Of a DNA stretch of 11,854 bases, positions 1-8,657 are shown one piece after another. How positions within the stretch are numbered: the first letter of the stretch is position 1; each line of letters starts with the position of its first letter. Under the pieces are notes generated by a model. The model was not told where the DNA came from, did not search any database, and worked only from the letters and a program-made list of their open reading frames with translations. Origin of the DNA: an uncultured Macromonas sp. Its GTDB lineage: Bacteria > Pseudomonadota > Gammaproteobacteria > Burkholderiales > Burkholderiaceae_C. The stretch covers positions 1 to 11,854 of the forward strand of contig CAZGDZ010000027.1 in assembly GCA_964524855.1 (NCBI GenBank). Reading direction: 5' to 3'. The position numbers were made by a program, and so were the translations under genes.

Positions 1-1185
1 GTCACAGTGGGGGGGGGCGCGCCGGTTCGGGTGCAGTCCATGACCAACACCGACACCGCCGATGCCATCGGGACCGCGATCCAGATCAAAGAACTGGCTT
101 TGGCCGGGTCGGAGTTGGTCCGCATCACCGTCAACAACGACGAAGCGGCTCAGGCGGTGCCTCACATTCGCGAGCAACTGGACCGGATGGGCATTTCGGT
201 GCCGCTGATCGGTGACTTCCACTACAACGGACACCGATTGCTGACCGATTTCCCCGACATGGCGCAAGCCCTGTCCAAGTACCGCATCAACCCGGGCAAC
301 GTGGGGCGGGGCGACAAGAAGGACCGCCAGTTCGCGCAAATGGTGGAAGCCGCCGTGCGCTGGGGCAAGCCGGTGCGCATCGGCGTCAATTGGGGCAGTC
401 TGGACCAAGACCTGCTCGCGTCCATGATGGACGAGAATGCGCGCCGCGCGCAGCCGTGGGAAGGCAAGCAGGTGATGTACGAGGCGCTCATCACTTCGGC
501 CCTGGCGTCGGCCCAGCGCGCGCAGGAACTCGGCATGAAGCCCGAGGACATCGTGTTGTCTTGCAAGGTCAGCGGCGTGCAAGACCTGATCGCGGTTTAC
601 CAGCAGTTGCACGAGCGGTGCGATTACCCCTTGCATTTGGGCCTGACCGAAGCGGGCATGGGCACCAAAGGCACCGTGGCGTCTACAGCCGCGCTGGCGG
701 TGTTGTTGCAGCAGGGTATTGGCGACACCATCCGTGTGTCGCTGACGCCGCAGCCCGGCGAGTCCCGCACCCAGGAAGTCGTGGTGGCGATGGAGATTTT
801 GCAGGCGCTGGGTTTGCGCACCTTTGTGCCCAGTGTCACGGCCTGCCCTGGATGCGGCCGCACCACCAGCACGGTGTTCCAGGAGCTGGCCAAACAAATC
901 GACGACTACCTGCGCACGTCCATGCCCCAATGGCGTGAGCGCTACCCAGGCGTCGAAGGCTTGAAGGTTGCTGTGATGGGCTGCATCGTCAATGGCCCTG
1001 GTGAAAGCAAGCATGCCGACATTGGCATCAGCCTGCCCGGAACCGGTGAAGCGCCGGCGGCCCCCGTGTTCATCGATGGCGAAAAAGCCATGACCTTGCG
1101 CGGCGAGGGCATTGCCCAAGAATTCCAGCAGATCGTGGACAACTACATTGAGCGCCGCTTTGGCGCCCCCGATCTCGCTCCCTGA
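1..1185 (+). CDS. ispG: 4-hydroxy-3-methylbut-2-en-1-yl diphosphate synthase IspG/GcpE (MEP pathway). It is 5'-partial because the N-terminus lies upstream of the window.
   Basis: The frame-1 ORF is open from nt 1 and stops at TGA 1183-1185. Its translation contains VQSMTNT...D, RINPGNVG, the [12 protein letters not shown] block and the [4Fe-4S] Cys ligands in TACPGCGRT and [10 protein letters not shown]. It is colinear with E. coli IspG. Confidence 0.93.
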   Translation, partial: VTVGGGAPVRVQSMTNTDTADAIGTAIQIKELALAGSELVRITVNNDEAAQAVPHIREQLDRMGISVPLIGDFHYNGHRLLTDFPDMAQALSKYRINPGNVGRGDKKDRQFAQMVEAAVRWGKPVRIGVNWGSLDQDLLASMMDENARRAQPWEGKQVMYEALITSALASAQRAQELGMKPEDIVLSCKVSGVQDLIAVYQQLHERCDYPLHLGLTEAGMGTKGTVASTAALAVLLQQGIGDTIRVSLTPQPGESRTQEVVVAMEILQALGLRTFVPSVTACPGCGRTTSTVFQELAKQIDDYLRTSMPQWRERYPGVEGLKVAVMGCIVNGPGESKHADIGISLPGTGEAPAAPVFIDGEKAMTLRGEGIAQEFQQIVDNYIERRFGAPDLAP

Positions 1186-1209
1186 TCCTAAGAAAGAAAA
1201 CAGATTCCC

Positions 1210-2511
1210 ATGGCCGAAGTGCTCAAAGCCATCAAAGGCATGAACGACATCCTGCCGCCGCATTCGGCGCATTGGGAGTGGCTGGAGGACAAGGTCCGCG
1301 CCTTGATGAAGCGCTACGGCTATCAGAACATGCGCACCCCCATCGTCGAGCCCACGGCCTTGTTTGTGCGCGGCTTGGGTGAGGTGACCGACATCGTCGA
1401 GAAGGAAATGTATTCCTTCGAAGACAGCCTCAACGGTGACCGCTTGACGCTGCGCCCGGAAGGCACTGCCGGGTCGGTGCGTGCGATCAACGAGCACAAT
1501 TTTCTGTACGAAGGCGGCAAGCGCCTGTACTACATCGGCCCCATGTTCCGGCACGAGCGGCCGCAGAAAGGCCGTTATCGGCAGTTCCACCAGGTGGGCG
1601 CCGAGGTGCTGGGTTTCGCTGGCCCCGATGTCGATGCCGAAGTCATCCTGATGACCGCTGCGCTGTGGCGCGATCTGGGCCTCACGGTGGGCGACGACGT
1701 GTGTTTGCAGCTCAACAGCCTGGGGCAGCCCGATGAGCGCCAGGCGCACCGCCAAGCCCTGATCGCGCACCTGGAGGCCCATGCCGACTTGCTGGACGAA
1801 GATGGCCGCCGCCGTTTGCACACCAACCCGCTGCGCATTCTGGACACCAAAAACCCGGCGATGCAGGCGGTGGTGGAGTCGGCCCCCAAGCTGATCGATT
1901 TTCTGGGCGAAGCGTCGCTGGCGCACATCAACGCCGTGCGTGCCGTGTTGGACGCGGCCGGCGTGCCGTACGAGATCAACCCCCGCCTGGTGCGCGGGAT
2001 GGACTACTACAACCTCACCGTGTTCGAGTGGGTGACCACCCGCTTGGGGGCGCAGGGCACCGTGTGCGGCGGTGGCCGCTACGACGGGCTGATTGCCCAG
2101 TTGGGTGGCAAGCCCAACCCCGCCGTGGGCTGGGGCCTGGGCATGGAGCGCTTGCTGCTGTTGCTGGAAGAGGTGGGGCGTCTGCCCCAGCCTGCCGCGC
2201 CTGACGCGTTCGCCATGGCCTTGGCTGGGGTGCCGATGGCCCCGGTAATGGTGGTGCTGGAGGAGTTGCGCTCACAGGGTGTGAACCTGGTGCTCAATCC
2301 GCTGGGTAAGGAAGGCCCGGCCAGCCTGAAGTCCCAGTTCAAAAAGGCCGATGCCAGTGGCGCGAAGTACGCACTGGTGTTCGGTGAGAGCGAGGTAGCA
2401 GCAGGTCAGGTGGCGGTCAAGCCCTTGCGGCCGGACTTGGGCGGGGCCATCACCGAGCAGACGCTCTTTCCCATGGCCGACGTGGCTGTTTGGGCGCAGC
2501 ACCTGCGCTGA
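1210..2511 (+). CDS. hisS: Histidine--tRNA ligase (class II aaRS)
   Basis: The ORF is 433 aa. The N-terminus reads [16 protein letters not shown]..., matching the HisRS signature. Motif 2 reads [21 protein letters not shown], and a C-terminal anticodon-binding domain is present. It lies immediately downstream of ispG, as in E. coli. Confidence 0.95.
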   Translation: MAEVLKAIKGMNDILPPHSAHWEWLEDKVRALMKRYGYQNMRTPIVEPTALFVRGLGEVTDIVEKEMYSFEDSLNGDRLTLRPEGTAGSVRAINEHNFLYEGGKRLYYIGPMFRHERPQKGRYRQFHQVGAEVLGFAGPDVDAEVILMTAALWRDLGLTVGDDVCLQLNSLGQPDERQAHRQALIAHLEAHADLLDEDGRRRLHTNPLRILDTKNPAMQAVVESAPKLIDFLGEASLAHINAVRAVLDAAGVPYEINPRLVRGMDYYNLTVFEWVTTRLGAQGTVCGGGRYDGLIAQLGGKPNPAVGWGLGMERLLLLLEEVGRLPQPAAPDAFAMALAGVPMAPVMVVLEELRSQGVNLVLNPLGKEGPASLKSQFKKADASGAKYALVFGESEVAAGQVAVKPLRPDLGGAITEQTLFPMADVAVWAQHLR

Positions 2512-2571
2512 GGCGCAGCGCCTACAATGCCACGCATCGCGTCTTTAGATACCTTCCCCGGATTGCCCTGA

Positions 2572-3240
2572 ATGGCCACCCATTACGACCTCGAAGAACA
2601 AGAACAACTTGCCCAACTGAAGCACTTCTGGGCGAAGTACGGCAACCTCATCACCTGGGTGTTGATCGCCGTGCTGGGAGCGTACGCCGCCTGGAACGGT
2701 TGGCAGTACTGGCAGCGCAAGTCCGCGACGGAAGCGGCCGCGCTGTACGACGAGTTGGAGCGCGCTGTCCAGGCGTCCGACCTGGACAAGGTCAAGCGCG
2801 TTTGGGGCGACATGCAACAACAGGTGGCGGGTACCGCACAAGCCCACCACGCGGGCTTGCTGGCTGCACGCAGCTTGCAAGACAGCGGCGATGCTGCGGG
2901 TGCCCGCCAAGCCTTGGAACAGGTGCTGAACAAGTCCGACGACGTGGCTTTGCAATCGGTCGCGCGCTTGCGCCTGGCTGCGCTGGAGATGGCGGCTGAG
3001 CAGCACGACGCGGCCCTGCGTTGGCTCGACTCGGGCATCGCCACCGAATTTTCGGCATTGGCCAACGACCGTCGTGGTGATGTCTTCTTGGCCAAAGGGC
3101 AGGCCGACGACGCGCGGCAGGCCTATCGCAAGGCGTGGGACGAGATGGAAGCCAGCTCAGACTACCGCCGCCTTGTTGAAGCCAAGCTCAACGCACTGGG
3201 TGTGAACCCCAGTGCCCCCAACACGGAGAAAACCCAGTGA
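2572..3240 (+). CDS. yfgM: YfgM-family (UPF0070) single-pass inner-membrane tetratricopeptide-like protein, an ancillary SecYEG/PpiD partner
   Basis: The ORF is 222 aa. A short cytoplasmic N-terminus (MATHYDLEEQEQLAQLKHFWAKYG) is followed by one hydrophobic helix (LITWVLIAVLGAYAAW) and an Ala/Leu-rich TPR-like periplasmic domain. Its position between hisS and bamB is the canonical yfgM slot. Confidence 0.8.
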   Translation: MATHYDLEEQEQLAQLKHFWAKYGNLITWVLIAVLGAYAAWNGWQYWQRKSATEAAALYDELERAVQASDLDKVKRVWGDMQQQVAGTAQAHHAGLLAARSLQDSGDAAGARQALEQVLNKSDDVALQSVARLRLAALEMAAEQHDAALRWLDSGIATEFSALANDRRGDVFLAKGQADDARQAYRKAWDEMEASSDYRRLVEAKLNALGVNPSAPNTEKTQ

Positions 3241-4379
3241 GTGCTTTCGTCCGATTGAAAACCGGTTTTCGCGCCGCTTCTGTCCTGGTTTTGGCGGCTG
3301 TTCTGACCGCTTGCTCCAGCGGCAGCAAGAAGCCAGAACCCGCGCCGCTGGCGCCTTTTTCTGCCTTGGTGCCCGCCCGCCAGGCTTGGAGCGCCAGCCT
3401 GGGTGCGGTAGACCCCTTGATGACCCCGGCAGTGCATTTGGACACCGTGGTGTTGGCCAATGCCGCAGGGACGATCCATGCGCTGGACGCCCGAACGGGC
3501 CAGGTGCAGTGGCGCGTTGAAGTGGGCAGCCCATTGTCCGCCAGCGTAGGCACCGACGGCGCGGTGGCCGCTGCGGTCACCCGCCAGAACGAGTTGGTCA
3601 CTGTCACCGCCCAAGGCGTGCAGTGGCGTGCGCGCCTGCCAGCGCGGGTGTTCACCCCTCCGCTGGTGGCTGGTCAGCGCGTGTTTGTGCTGATGGCAGA
3701 CCGTTCTGTGGCGGCCTTTGATGGACGTACCGGAGCCCGTTTGTGGCTGCAGGCGGCACGGGGCACCGATCCTCTGGTGCTGCAGCAGCCGGGTGTTTTG
3801 CTCGCGGTGGGGGACACCTTGGTGGCGGGTATTGCCGGCCGCTTGGTGGGCATGAATCCGGCCAATGGCTCGGTGCGCTGGGATGCGGCGGTTGCCCGCC
3901 CGCGCGGTGTCAACGAAATTGAGCGTCTGGTGGATTTGGTGGGCCGTGTGGGCCGGGTGGATGAGCAGGTTTGTGTTCGCGCCTTCCAGTCGGCGGTGGG
4001 GTGCGTGGACGCCACCCGTGGTGCGGTCGCCTGGACCCAGAGCGCGGACGGCGCCGTGGGCGTGCACGCAGACGCCGACCGGGTGTATGGCATCGAGAGC
4101 AACGGCCGCATGGTGGCTTGGCAGCGCCGCAATGGCGAGCGCGCCTGGACCCACGACCGCCTGCTGAACCGGGGTGCGACCGCGCCTTTGGCGGCCGGGC
4201 GCTCCATCGTGGTGGGTGATGCGCAGGGCTTCGTGCACCTGTTCGCCCGCGAGGATGGCAGTGTTTTGAATCGACTGTCCACCGATGGCTCGCCCATCGT
4301 GGCCGGCCCGTTGTTGGCGGGCAGTACCTTGGTGGCCGTGACCCGCAATGGCGGCGTTTACGGTTGGCGTCCAGAATGA
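3237..4379 (+). CDS. bamB: Outer membrane protein assembly factor BamB (YfgL), a PQQ-repeat beta-propeller lipoprotein
   Basis: The GTG start at 3237 overlaps the yfgM stop (GTGA). The signal peptide carries lipobox LTA|C with Ser at +2, which predicts outer-membrane retention. Repeated 'G.V.A.DA.TG..W' propeller blades follow. Its placement between yfgM and der is conserved. Confidence 0.85.
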   Translation: MSAFVRLKTGFRAASVLVLAAVLTACSSGSKKPEPAPLAPFSALVPARQAWSASLGAVDPLMTPAVHLDTVVLANAAGTIHALDARTGQVQWRVEVGSPLSASVGTDGAVAAAVTRQNELVTVTAQGVQWRARLPARVFTPPLVAGQRVFVLMADRSVAAFDGRTGARLWLQAARGTDPLVLQQPGVLLAVGDTLVAGIAGRLVGMNPANGSVRWDAAVARPRGVNEIERLVDLVGRVGRVDEQVCVRAFQSAVGCVDATRGAVAWTQSADGAVGVHADADRVYGIESNGRMVAWQRRNGERAWTHDRLLNRGATAPLAAGRSIVVGDAQGFVHLFAREDGSVLNRLSTDGSPIVAGPLLAGSTLVAVTRNGGVYGWRPE

Positions 4380-5713
4380 AGCCGGTCATCGCGCTGGTTG
4401 GGCGCCCCAACGTTGGCAAATCCACGCTCTACAACCGGCTGACCAAGTCGCGCGACGCAATCGTGGCCGATTTTCCGGGGCTGACCCGGGATCGCCATTA
4501 CGGCAACGCCCGCTTGGGCAAGCGGGAATTCATCGTCATTGACACCGGAGGCTTTGAGCCCGATGCCGGTAGCGGCATTTACCGCGAAATGGCGAAACAG
4601 ACCCGGCAAGCCGTGACCGAGGCGGATGTGGTGATTTTTGTGCTGGACGCGCGTGCAGGCCTCAGCGCGCAGGACCACGACATTGCCAACTACCTGCGCA
4701 AGCTGGACAAACCTTGTGTGCTGGTGGCCAACAAGGCCGAAGGCATGAAGGCCGGTGGCCAGTTGTCCGAGTTCTACGAATTGGGTTTGGGTGAGGTCAT
4801 TGCAGTGTCGGCCGCCCACGGCGAGGGCGTTCGGCCCATGATCGAGACAGCGCTGGACCGGGTGCCATTCCCGACCGAAGTGCTGGACGAAGCGCCGCCT
4901 GAAGATGGCGTGATTCGCCTGGCGGTCGCTGGCCGCCCCAACGCGGGCAAGTCCACCTTGATCAACGCCTGGTTGGGGGAGGAGCGCCTGGTGGCATTTG
5001 ACATGCCAGGCACCACCCGAGATGCGATTTCGGTGCCGTTCGAACGCAATGGCCAGAAGTTCGAGCTGATCGACACCGCCGGCTTGCGGCGCAAAGGGCG
5101 TGTGTTTGAGGCGGTGGAAAAGTTTTCCGTCGTCAAAACGCTGCAGGCGATCGAGAACGCGCACGTGGTGCTGTTGCTCATCGATGCGACCGAAGGCGTG
5201 ACCGACCAGGACGCCCACATCGCCGGCTTTGTGCTGGACAGTGGCCGCGCGGTGGTGATCGCGATCAATAAGTGGGATGCGATCGACAGCTATCAGCGTG
5301 AACAGTTGCAACGCTCGATTGAAAGTCGCCTGGCTTTCCTGAAGTTTGCGCCGATGCACACCATTTCGGCCAAAAAGCGCCAGGGCATTGCGCCCTTGTG
5401 GAAGTCGATTTCGCAAGCCTACGCCTCGGCGTTCAAGAAAATGCCGACGCCGGTGTTGACCCGCCTGTTGCAGGAATCGATCGCGTTGCAGGCGCCCAAG
5501 CGCAGCGGCATGTACCGGCCGAAAATGCGCTACGCCCACCAGGGCGGCATGAGCCCGCCCGTGATCGTCATTCACGGCAACTCGCTGCAAGGCGTCAGCG
5601 ACGCCTACCGCCGTTTTCTGGAAGGCCGCTTCCGCAAGGCCTTTGATCTGGTCGGGACGCCGCTGCGCATCGAATTCAAGACCGCCGACAACCCCTACGA
5701 CAAAGACGATTAA
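4376..5713 (+). CDS. der: Ribosome-biogenesis GTPase Der/EngA (tandem GTPase domains plus a KH-like domain)
   Basis: I take the ATG at 4376 as the start ([22 protein letters not shown]). It overlaps the bamB TGA stop as ATGA, and the upstream TTG at 4364 is less likely. There are two P-loops, GRPNVGKS and GRPNAGKS, and two NKxD motifs, NKAE and NKWD. The C-terminal KH-like tail is present. Confidence 0.93.
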   Translation: MKPVIALVGRPNVGKSTLYNRLTKSRDAIVADFPGLTRDRHYGNARLGKREFIVIDTGGFEPDAGSGIYREMAKQTRQAVTEADVVIFVLDARAGLSAQDHDIANYLRKLDKPCVLVANKAEGMKAGGQLSEFYELGLGEVIAVSAAHGEGVRPMIETALDRVPFPTEVLDEAPPEDGVIRLAVAGRPNAGKSTLINAWLGEERLVAFDMPGTTRDAISVPFERNGQKFELIDTAGLRRKGRVFEAVEKFSVVKTLQAIENAHVVLLLIDATEGVTDQDAHIAGFVLDSGRAVVIAINKWDAIDSYQREQLQRSIESRLAFLKFAPMHTISAKKRQGIAPLWKSISQAYASAFKKMPTPVLTRLLQESIALQAPKRSGMYRPKMRYAHQGGMSPPVIVIHGNSLQGVSDAYRRFLEGRFRKAFDLVGTPLRIEFKTADNPYDKDD

Positions 5714-5789
5714 TGCCGTCGCTTGCCCGGCCCACTGCGGCTTGTGGTAAGGTCATAGTCCCAAAACTTCAGTGAACACGGAACATATC

Positions 5790-6035
5790 GTGAGCAACAA
5801 CAAAGGCCAACTCTTGCAGGACCCGTTTCTGAACCAGCTCCGTCGCGAGCACGTGCCGGTGTCCATCTACCTCGTCAACGGGATCAAGCTCCAGGGCCAG
5901 ATCGAGTCGTTCGACCAGTATGTGGTGCTGCTGCGCAACACGGTGACCCAGATGGTGTACAAACACGCCATTTCGACCATCGTGCCGGGCCGTCCGGTCC
6001 AATTCGCTTCTGCCCAGTCTGCCGAAAACGACTGA
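5790..6035 (+). CDS. hfq: RNA chaperone Hfq (Sm-like)
   Basis: The sequence [63 protein letters not shown] is an almost perfect Sm1/Sm2 Hfq core. I place the start at GTG 5790 (MSNNKGQ...) by analogy with Hfq N-termini. The ORF track's alternative GTG at 5772 would add six residues (MNTEHI). Both are non-ATG starts with weak SD sequences. Confidence 0.9.
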   Translation: MSNNKGQLLQDPFLNQLRREHVPVSIYLVNGIKLQGQIESFDQYVVLLRNTVTQMVYKHAISTIVPGRPVQFASAQSAEND

Positions 6036-6048
6036 CGCGTCATCCCCC

Positions 6049-6079
6049 ACCCGCCACCTCGCCGTGGCGGGTTTTTTCT
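6049..6079 (+). terminator. Rho-independent terminator downstream of hfq
   Basis: ACCCGCCAC (6049-6057) pairs perfectly with GTGGCGGGT (6064-6072) as a 9-bp GC-rich stem around a 6-nt loop CTCGCC. It is followed by the T-tract TTTTTTCT, 13 nt after the hfq stop. Confidence 0.8.
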
Positions 6080-6086
6080 GCCGACA

Positions 6087-7277
6087 TTGAATTCCTCTCC
6101 CACGAAAGCCGACACCCGTCCCCGTGCCATCCTCGTTGGCGTCGATTTGGGCTTGCCCCATTTTGACCACACACTGGAAGAATTGGGTCAGCTCGCCGCC
6201 ACGGCGGGTTTTGTGGTTGCAGACAAGGTGGTCTGCAAACGGCGCGTTCCCGATCCCGCCCTCTATGTGGGGTCTGGCAAAGCCGATGAAATCAAGGTGC
6301 TGGCCCAGGCCCATGGTGCCCAGGAAATCCTGTTCGACCAAGCCTTGAGCCCGGCACAGCAGCGCAACCTGGAGCGCTACATCGGGCTGCCCGTCAACGA
6401 CCGAATCCTGATCATTCTGGAGATTTTTGCCCAGCGTGCGCGCAGCCACGAGGGCAAGCTGCAGGTTGAATTGGCGCGTTTGCATTACCTCTCGACGCGA
6501 CTGGTGCGCCGTTGGTCTCACCTGGAGCGGCAGTCAGGCGGCATCGGCATGCGTGGTGGCCCCGGTGAAACCCAGATCGAACTCGATCGGCGCATGATCG
6601 GAGAAGCCATCAAGCGCACCCGTGAACGGCTCGACAAGGTCAAGCGCCAGCGTCAGACCCAGCGCCGGCAGCGCGAGCGGCGTGGTGCGTTCACCATCTC
6701 GTTGGTGGGTTACACCAACGCGGGAAAATCGTCCTTGTTCAACGCCTTGGTCAAGGCCCGTGCTTACGCGGCAGACCAGTTGTTTGCCACGCTCGACACC
6801 ACCACCCGCCAGATGTACCTCGGCGAACTGGGGCGCAGTGTGTCCCTGTCCGACACCGTGGGGTTCATCCGCGATTTGCCGCACACCTTGGTGGATGCCT
6901 TCGCAGCCACCTTGCAGGAGGCCCGCGATGCCGATTTGTTGCTGCATGTGGTGGACGCGTCCAACCCCGCGCACCCGGAGCAAATCCAGAACGTCATGAC
7001 CGTGTTGCACGAAATTGGCGCGGCCGATATTCCACAGGTGCTGGTGTTCAACAAGCTGGACGCGATCGACCCTGAGCGTCGTCCGCTGCAACGTACCGAT
7101 TGCATGGAACTTGAGGGCCTCAGTGTTCCTCGTATCTTCTTGAGCGCGCACACGGGCGAAGGCCTGGATGCGTTGCGTCAACTGCTGTCCGACCATCTGA
7201 TGGCGCAGGGTGCAGGCCCAGAGGCCTTTGCCGAAGAAGCGTCTTCTGGATTGGGCACAATACCGCCATCACCATAA
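6087..7277 (+). CDS. hflX: GTPase HflX
   Basis: The ORF is 396 aa. It has the N-terminal HflX domain (RAILVGVDLG...), the GTPase G1 motif LVGYTNAGKSSLFNAL, DTVGF and NKLD. It is located directly after hfq, as in the conserved hfq-hflX-hflKC cluster. The start is uncertain. The only upstream in-frame start is TTG 6087, 8 nt after the terminator T-tract, with no SD. The next in-frame TTGs are at 6153 and 6159. Confidence 0.88.
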   Translation: MNSSPTKADTRPRAILVGVDLGLPHFDHTLEELGQLAATAGFVVADKVVCKRRVPDPALYVGSGKADEIKVLAQAHGAQEILFDQALSPAQQRNLERYIGLPVNDRILIILEIFAQRARSHEGKLQVELARLHYLSTRLVRRWSHLERQSGGIGMRGGPGETQIELDRRMIGEAIKRTRERLDKVKRQRQTQRRQRERRGAFTISLVGYTNAGKSSLFNALVKARAYAADQLFATLDTTTRQMYLGELGRSVSLSDTVGFIRDLPHTLVDAFAATLQEARDADLLLHVVDASNPAHPEQIQNVMTVLHEIGAADIPQVLVFNKLDAIDPERRPLQRTDCMELEGLSVPRIFLSAHTGEGLDALRQLLSDHLMAQGAGPEAFAEEASSGLGTIPPSP

Positions 7278-7343
7278 AAAACACCTGCCATGAATGCACA
7301 CCCAACAGGTCTTCGCCCGCCGCTGTGGAGCCGAGTGAAAGGC

Positions 7344-8636
7344 ATGTTCAACCTGAACGATCCCCGCTGGGGCCGCGACGACGACAACAACCGGCCTGAC
7401 AACCGCCCCGAGGAAGATGGTCGCCAGGATGTGCCACCGCGCCCCTCGCAGCGACCGAAAGGCGCCAACCAGGGGCCACCCGATTTGGACGAACTCTGGC
7501 GTGATTTCAACCGCAAGCTCGGTGGTCTGTTGGGCGGCGGTCGGGGCGGCTCGGGGGGCGGGCAGGGCGGTGGTGCGCCGTCGTTCAAACCGGACCCCAA
7601 GAGCACCGGCATTGGCGCAGGGTTGATCGGTGGCGTGGCGCTGCTGATTTGGCTGGGCACCGGTTTCTTCATTGTGCAAGAAGGCCAACAAGCGGTCATC
7701 ACCCAGTTCGGCAAGTACCACAGCACCGTGGGCGCAGGTTTCAATTGGCGCTTGCCATACCCCATCCAGCGCCACGAAGCGGTGTTCGTCACCCAGATCC
7801 GCTCGGTTGACGTGGGTCGGGATGCCATCGTGCGTGCCACTGGGTTGCGCGAATCGGCGATGCTGACCGAAGACGAAAACATCGTGGAGATCAAATTCGC
7901 GGTCCAGTATCGCCTGAACGACGCGCGGGCCTACCTGTTTGCCAGCCGCGACCCGGATGCTGCCGTGCTGCGCGCTGCCGAAACCGCCGTGCGCGAAGTC
8001 GTGGGCAAGATGCGCATGGATGCCGCTTTGGCCGAAGAGCGTGACCAGATCGCGCCGCGGGTGCGCACCCTGATGCAAACCATTCTGGACCGTTACAGCG
8101 TGGGCATTGAAATTGTGGGTATCAACATGCAGCAAGGGGGGGTGCGTCCGCCCGAGCAGGTGCAAGCCGCCTTTGACGATGTGCTGAAAGCTGGCCAGGA
8201 GCGTGAGCGTGCCAAGAACGAAGCCGAAGCCTACGCCAACGATGTGGTGCCGCGTGCCCGAGGTGCTGCCTCCCGCCTGATGGAAGAGGCCGAGGGTTAC
8301 AAAGCCCGCATCGTTGCCCAAGCCCAGGGTGATGCGCAACGTTTTCGCCTGATCCAGGCTGAGCATGCGAAGGCGCCGCAGGTGACTCGCGAGCGCCTGT
8401 ACCTGGAGACCATGCAGGAGGTCTACGGCAATGTGACCAAGGTCCTGATCGACACCCGTCAAAACTCCAACCTGCTGTATTTGCCGTTGGACAAGATCAT
8501 GCAGTCCGCTGGTGCGCCAGCGTCCACTGGCACGGCCAGTGGCGGTACTTCGAGTGGCGCGGCGGCTCCGCTGCTGCCCAGTACGGACATCCGCACCCGT
8601 GACGACGCGCGTTCCCGCGATCGTGAGTCCCGCTGA
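7344..8636 (+). CDS. hflK: FtsH protease modulator HflK (SPFH/band-7 family)
   Basis: I call the ATG at 7344 (MFNLNDPRWGR...) because it has GGAG/GAAAGG purine-rich motifs 4-15 nt upstream. The in-frame ATG at 7290 lacks any SD. The protein has a Gly-rich linker (GGLLGGGRGGSGGGQGGG), the GPPDLDELWRDFNRKL motif and a TM helix IGAGLIGGVALLIWLGTGFFIV. Its SPFH domain is colinear with E. coli HflK (ITQFGKY...NW..P, PPEQVQAAFDDV, RERLYLETM). Confidence 0.9.
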   Translation: MFNLNDPRWGRDDDNNRPDNRPEEDGRQDVPPRPSQRPKGANQGPPDLDELWRDFNRKLGGLLGGGRGGSGGGQGGGAPSFKPDPKSTGIGAGLIGGVALLIWLGTGFFIVQEGQQAVITQFGKYHSTVGAGFNWRLPYPIQRHEAVFVTQIRSVDVGRDAIVRATGLRESAMLTEDENIVEIKFAVQYRLNDARAYLFASRDPDAAVLRAAETAVREVVGKMRMDAALAEERDQIAPRVRTLMQTILDRYSVGIEIVGINMQQGGVRPPEQVQAAFDDVLKAGQERERAKNEAEAYANDVVPRARGAASRLMEEAEGYKARIVAQAQGDAQRFRLIQAEHAKAPQVTRERLYLETMQEVYGNVTKVLIDTRQNSNLLYLPLDKIMQSAGAPASTGTASGGTSSGAAAPLLPSTDIRTRDDARSRDRESR

Positions 8637-8657
8637 CCGCATGCACAGGGCACAGTC

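Noticed and set aside
390-938. A 182-aa + strand ORF in an alternative frame inside ispG. Similar alternative-frame ORFs occur at 2490-2999, 3865-4167, 9876-10196 and 10193-10732.
   Set aside because: They are out-of-frame overlaps of strongly supported genes, with Arg/Gly/Pro-rich composition, no start context and no homology signal.
2511-2521. GGCGCaGCGCC palindrome right after the hisS stop as a terminator.
   Set aside because: The implied loop is only 1 nt, and there is no downstream U-tract. It is not a plausible intrinsic terminator.
3162-4238. Long minus-strand ORFs of 358, 410, 250, 497, 242, 424 and 291 aa at 3162-4238, 4358-5590, 5769-6521, 7269-8762, 8768-9496, 9388-10662 and 10452-11327.
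   Set aside because: Each lies antisense to a well-supported + strand housekeeping gene (bamB, der, hfq/hflX, hflK, hflC, hisZ, purA). Their translations are Arg/Ala/Gly/His/Pro-rich low-complexity sequences with no recognisable domains. GC-rich coding DNA characteristically lacks stop codons on the opposite strand.
7521-7575. Gly-rich low-complexity stretch (GGLLGGGRGGSGGGQGGGAPS) that might look like a simple repeat.
   Set aside because: It is the normal flexible Gly-rich linker found near the N-terminus of HflK proteins. It is in-frame and part of the CDS.
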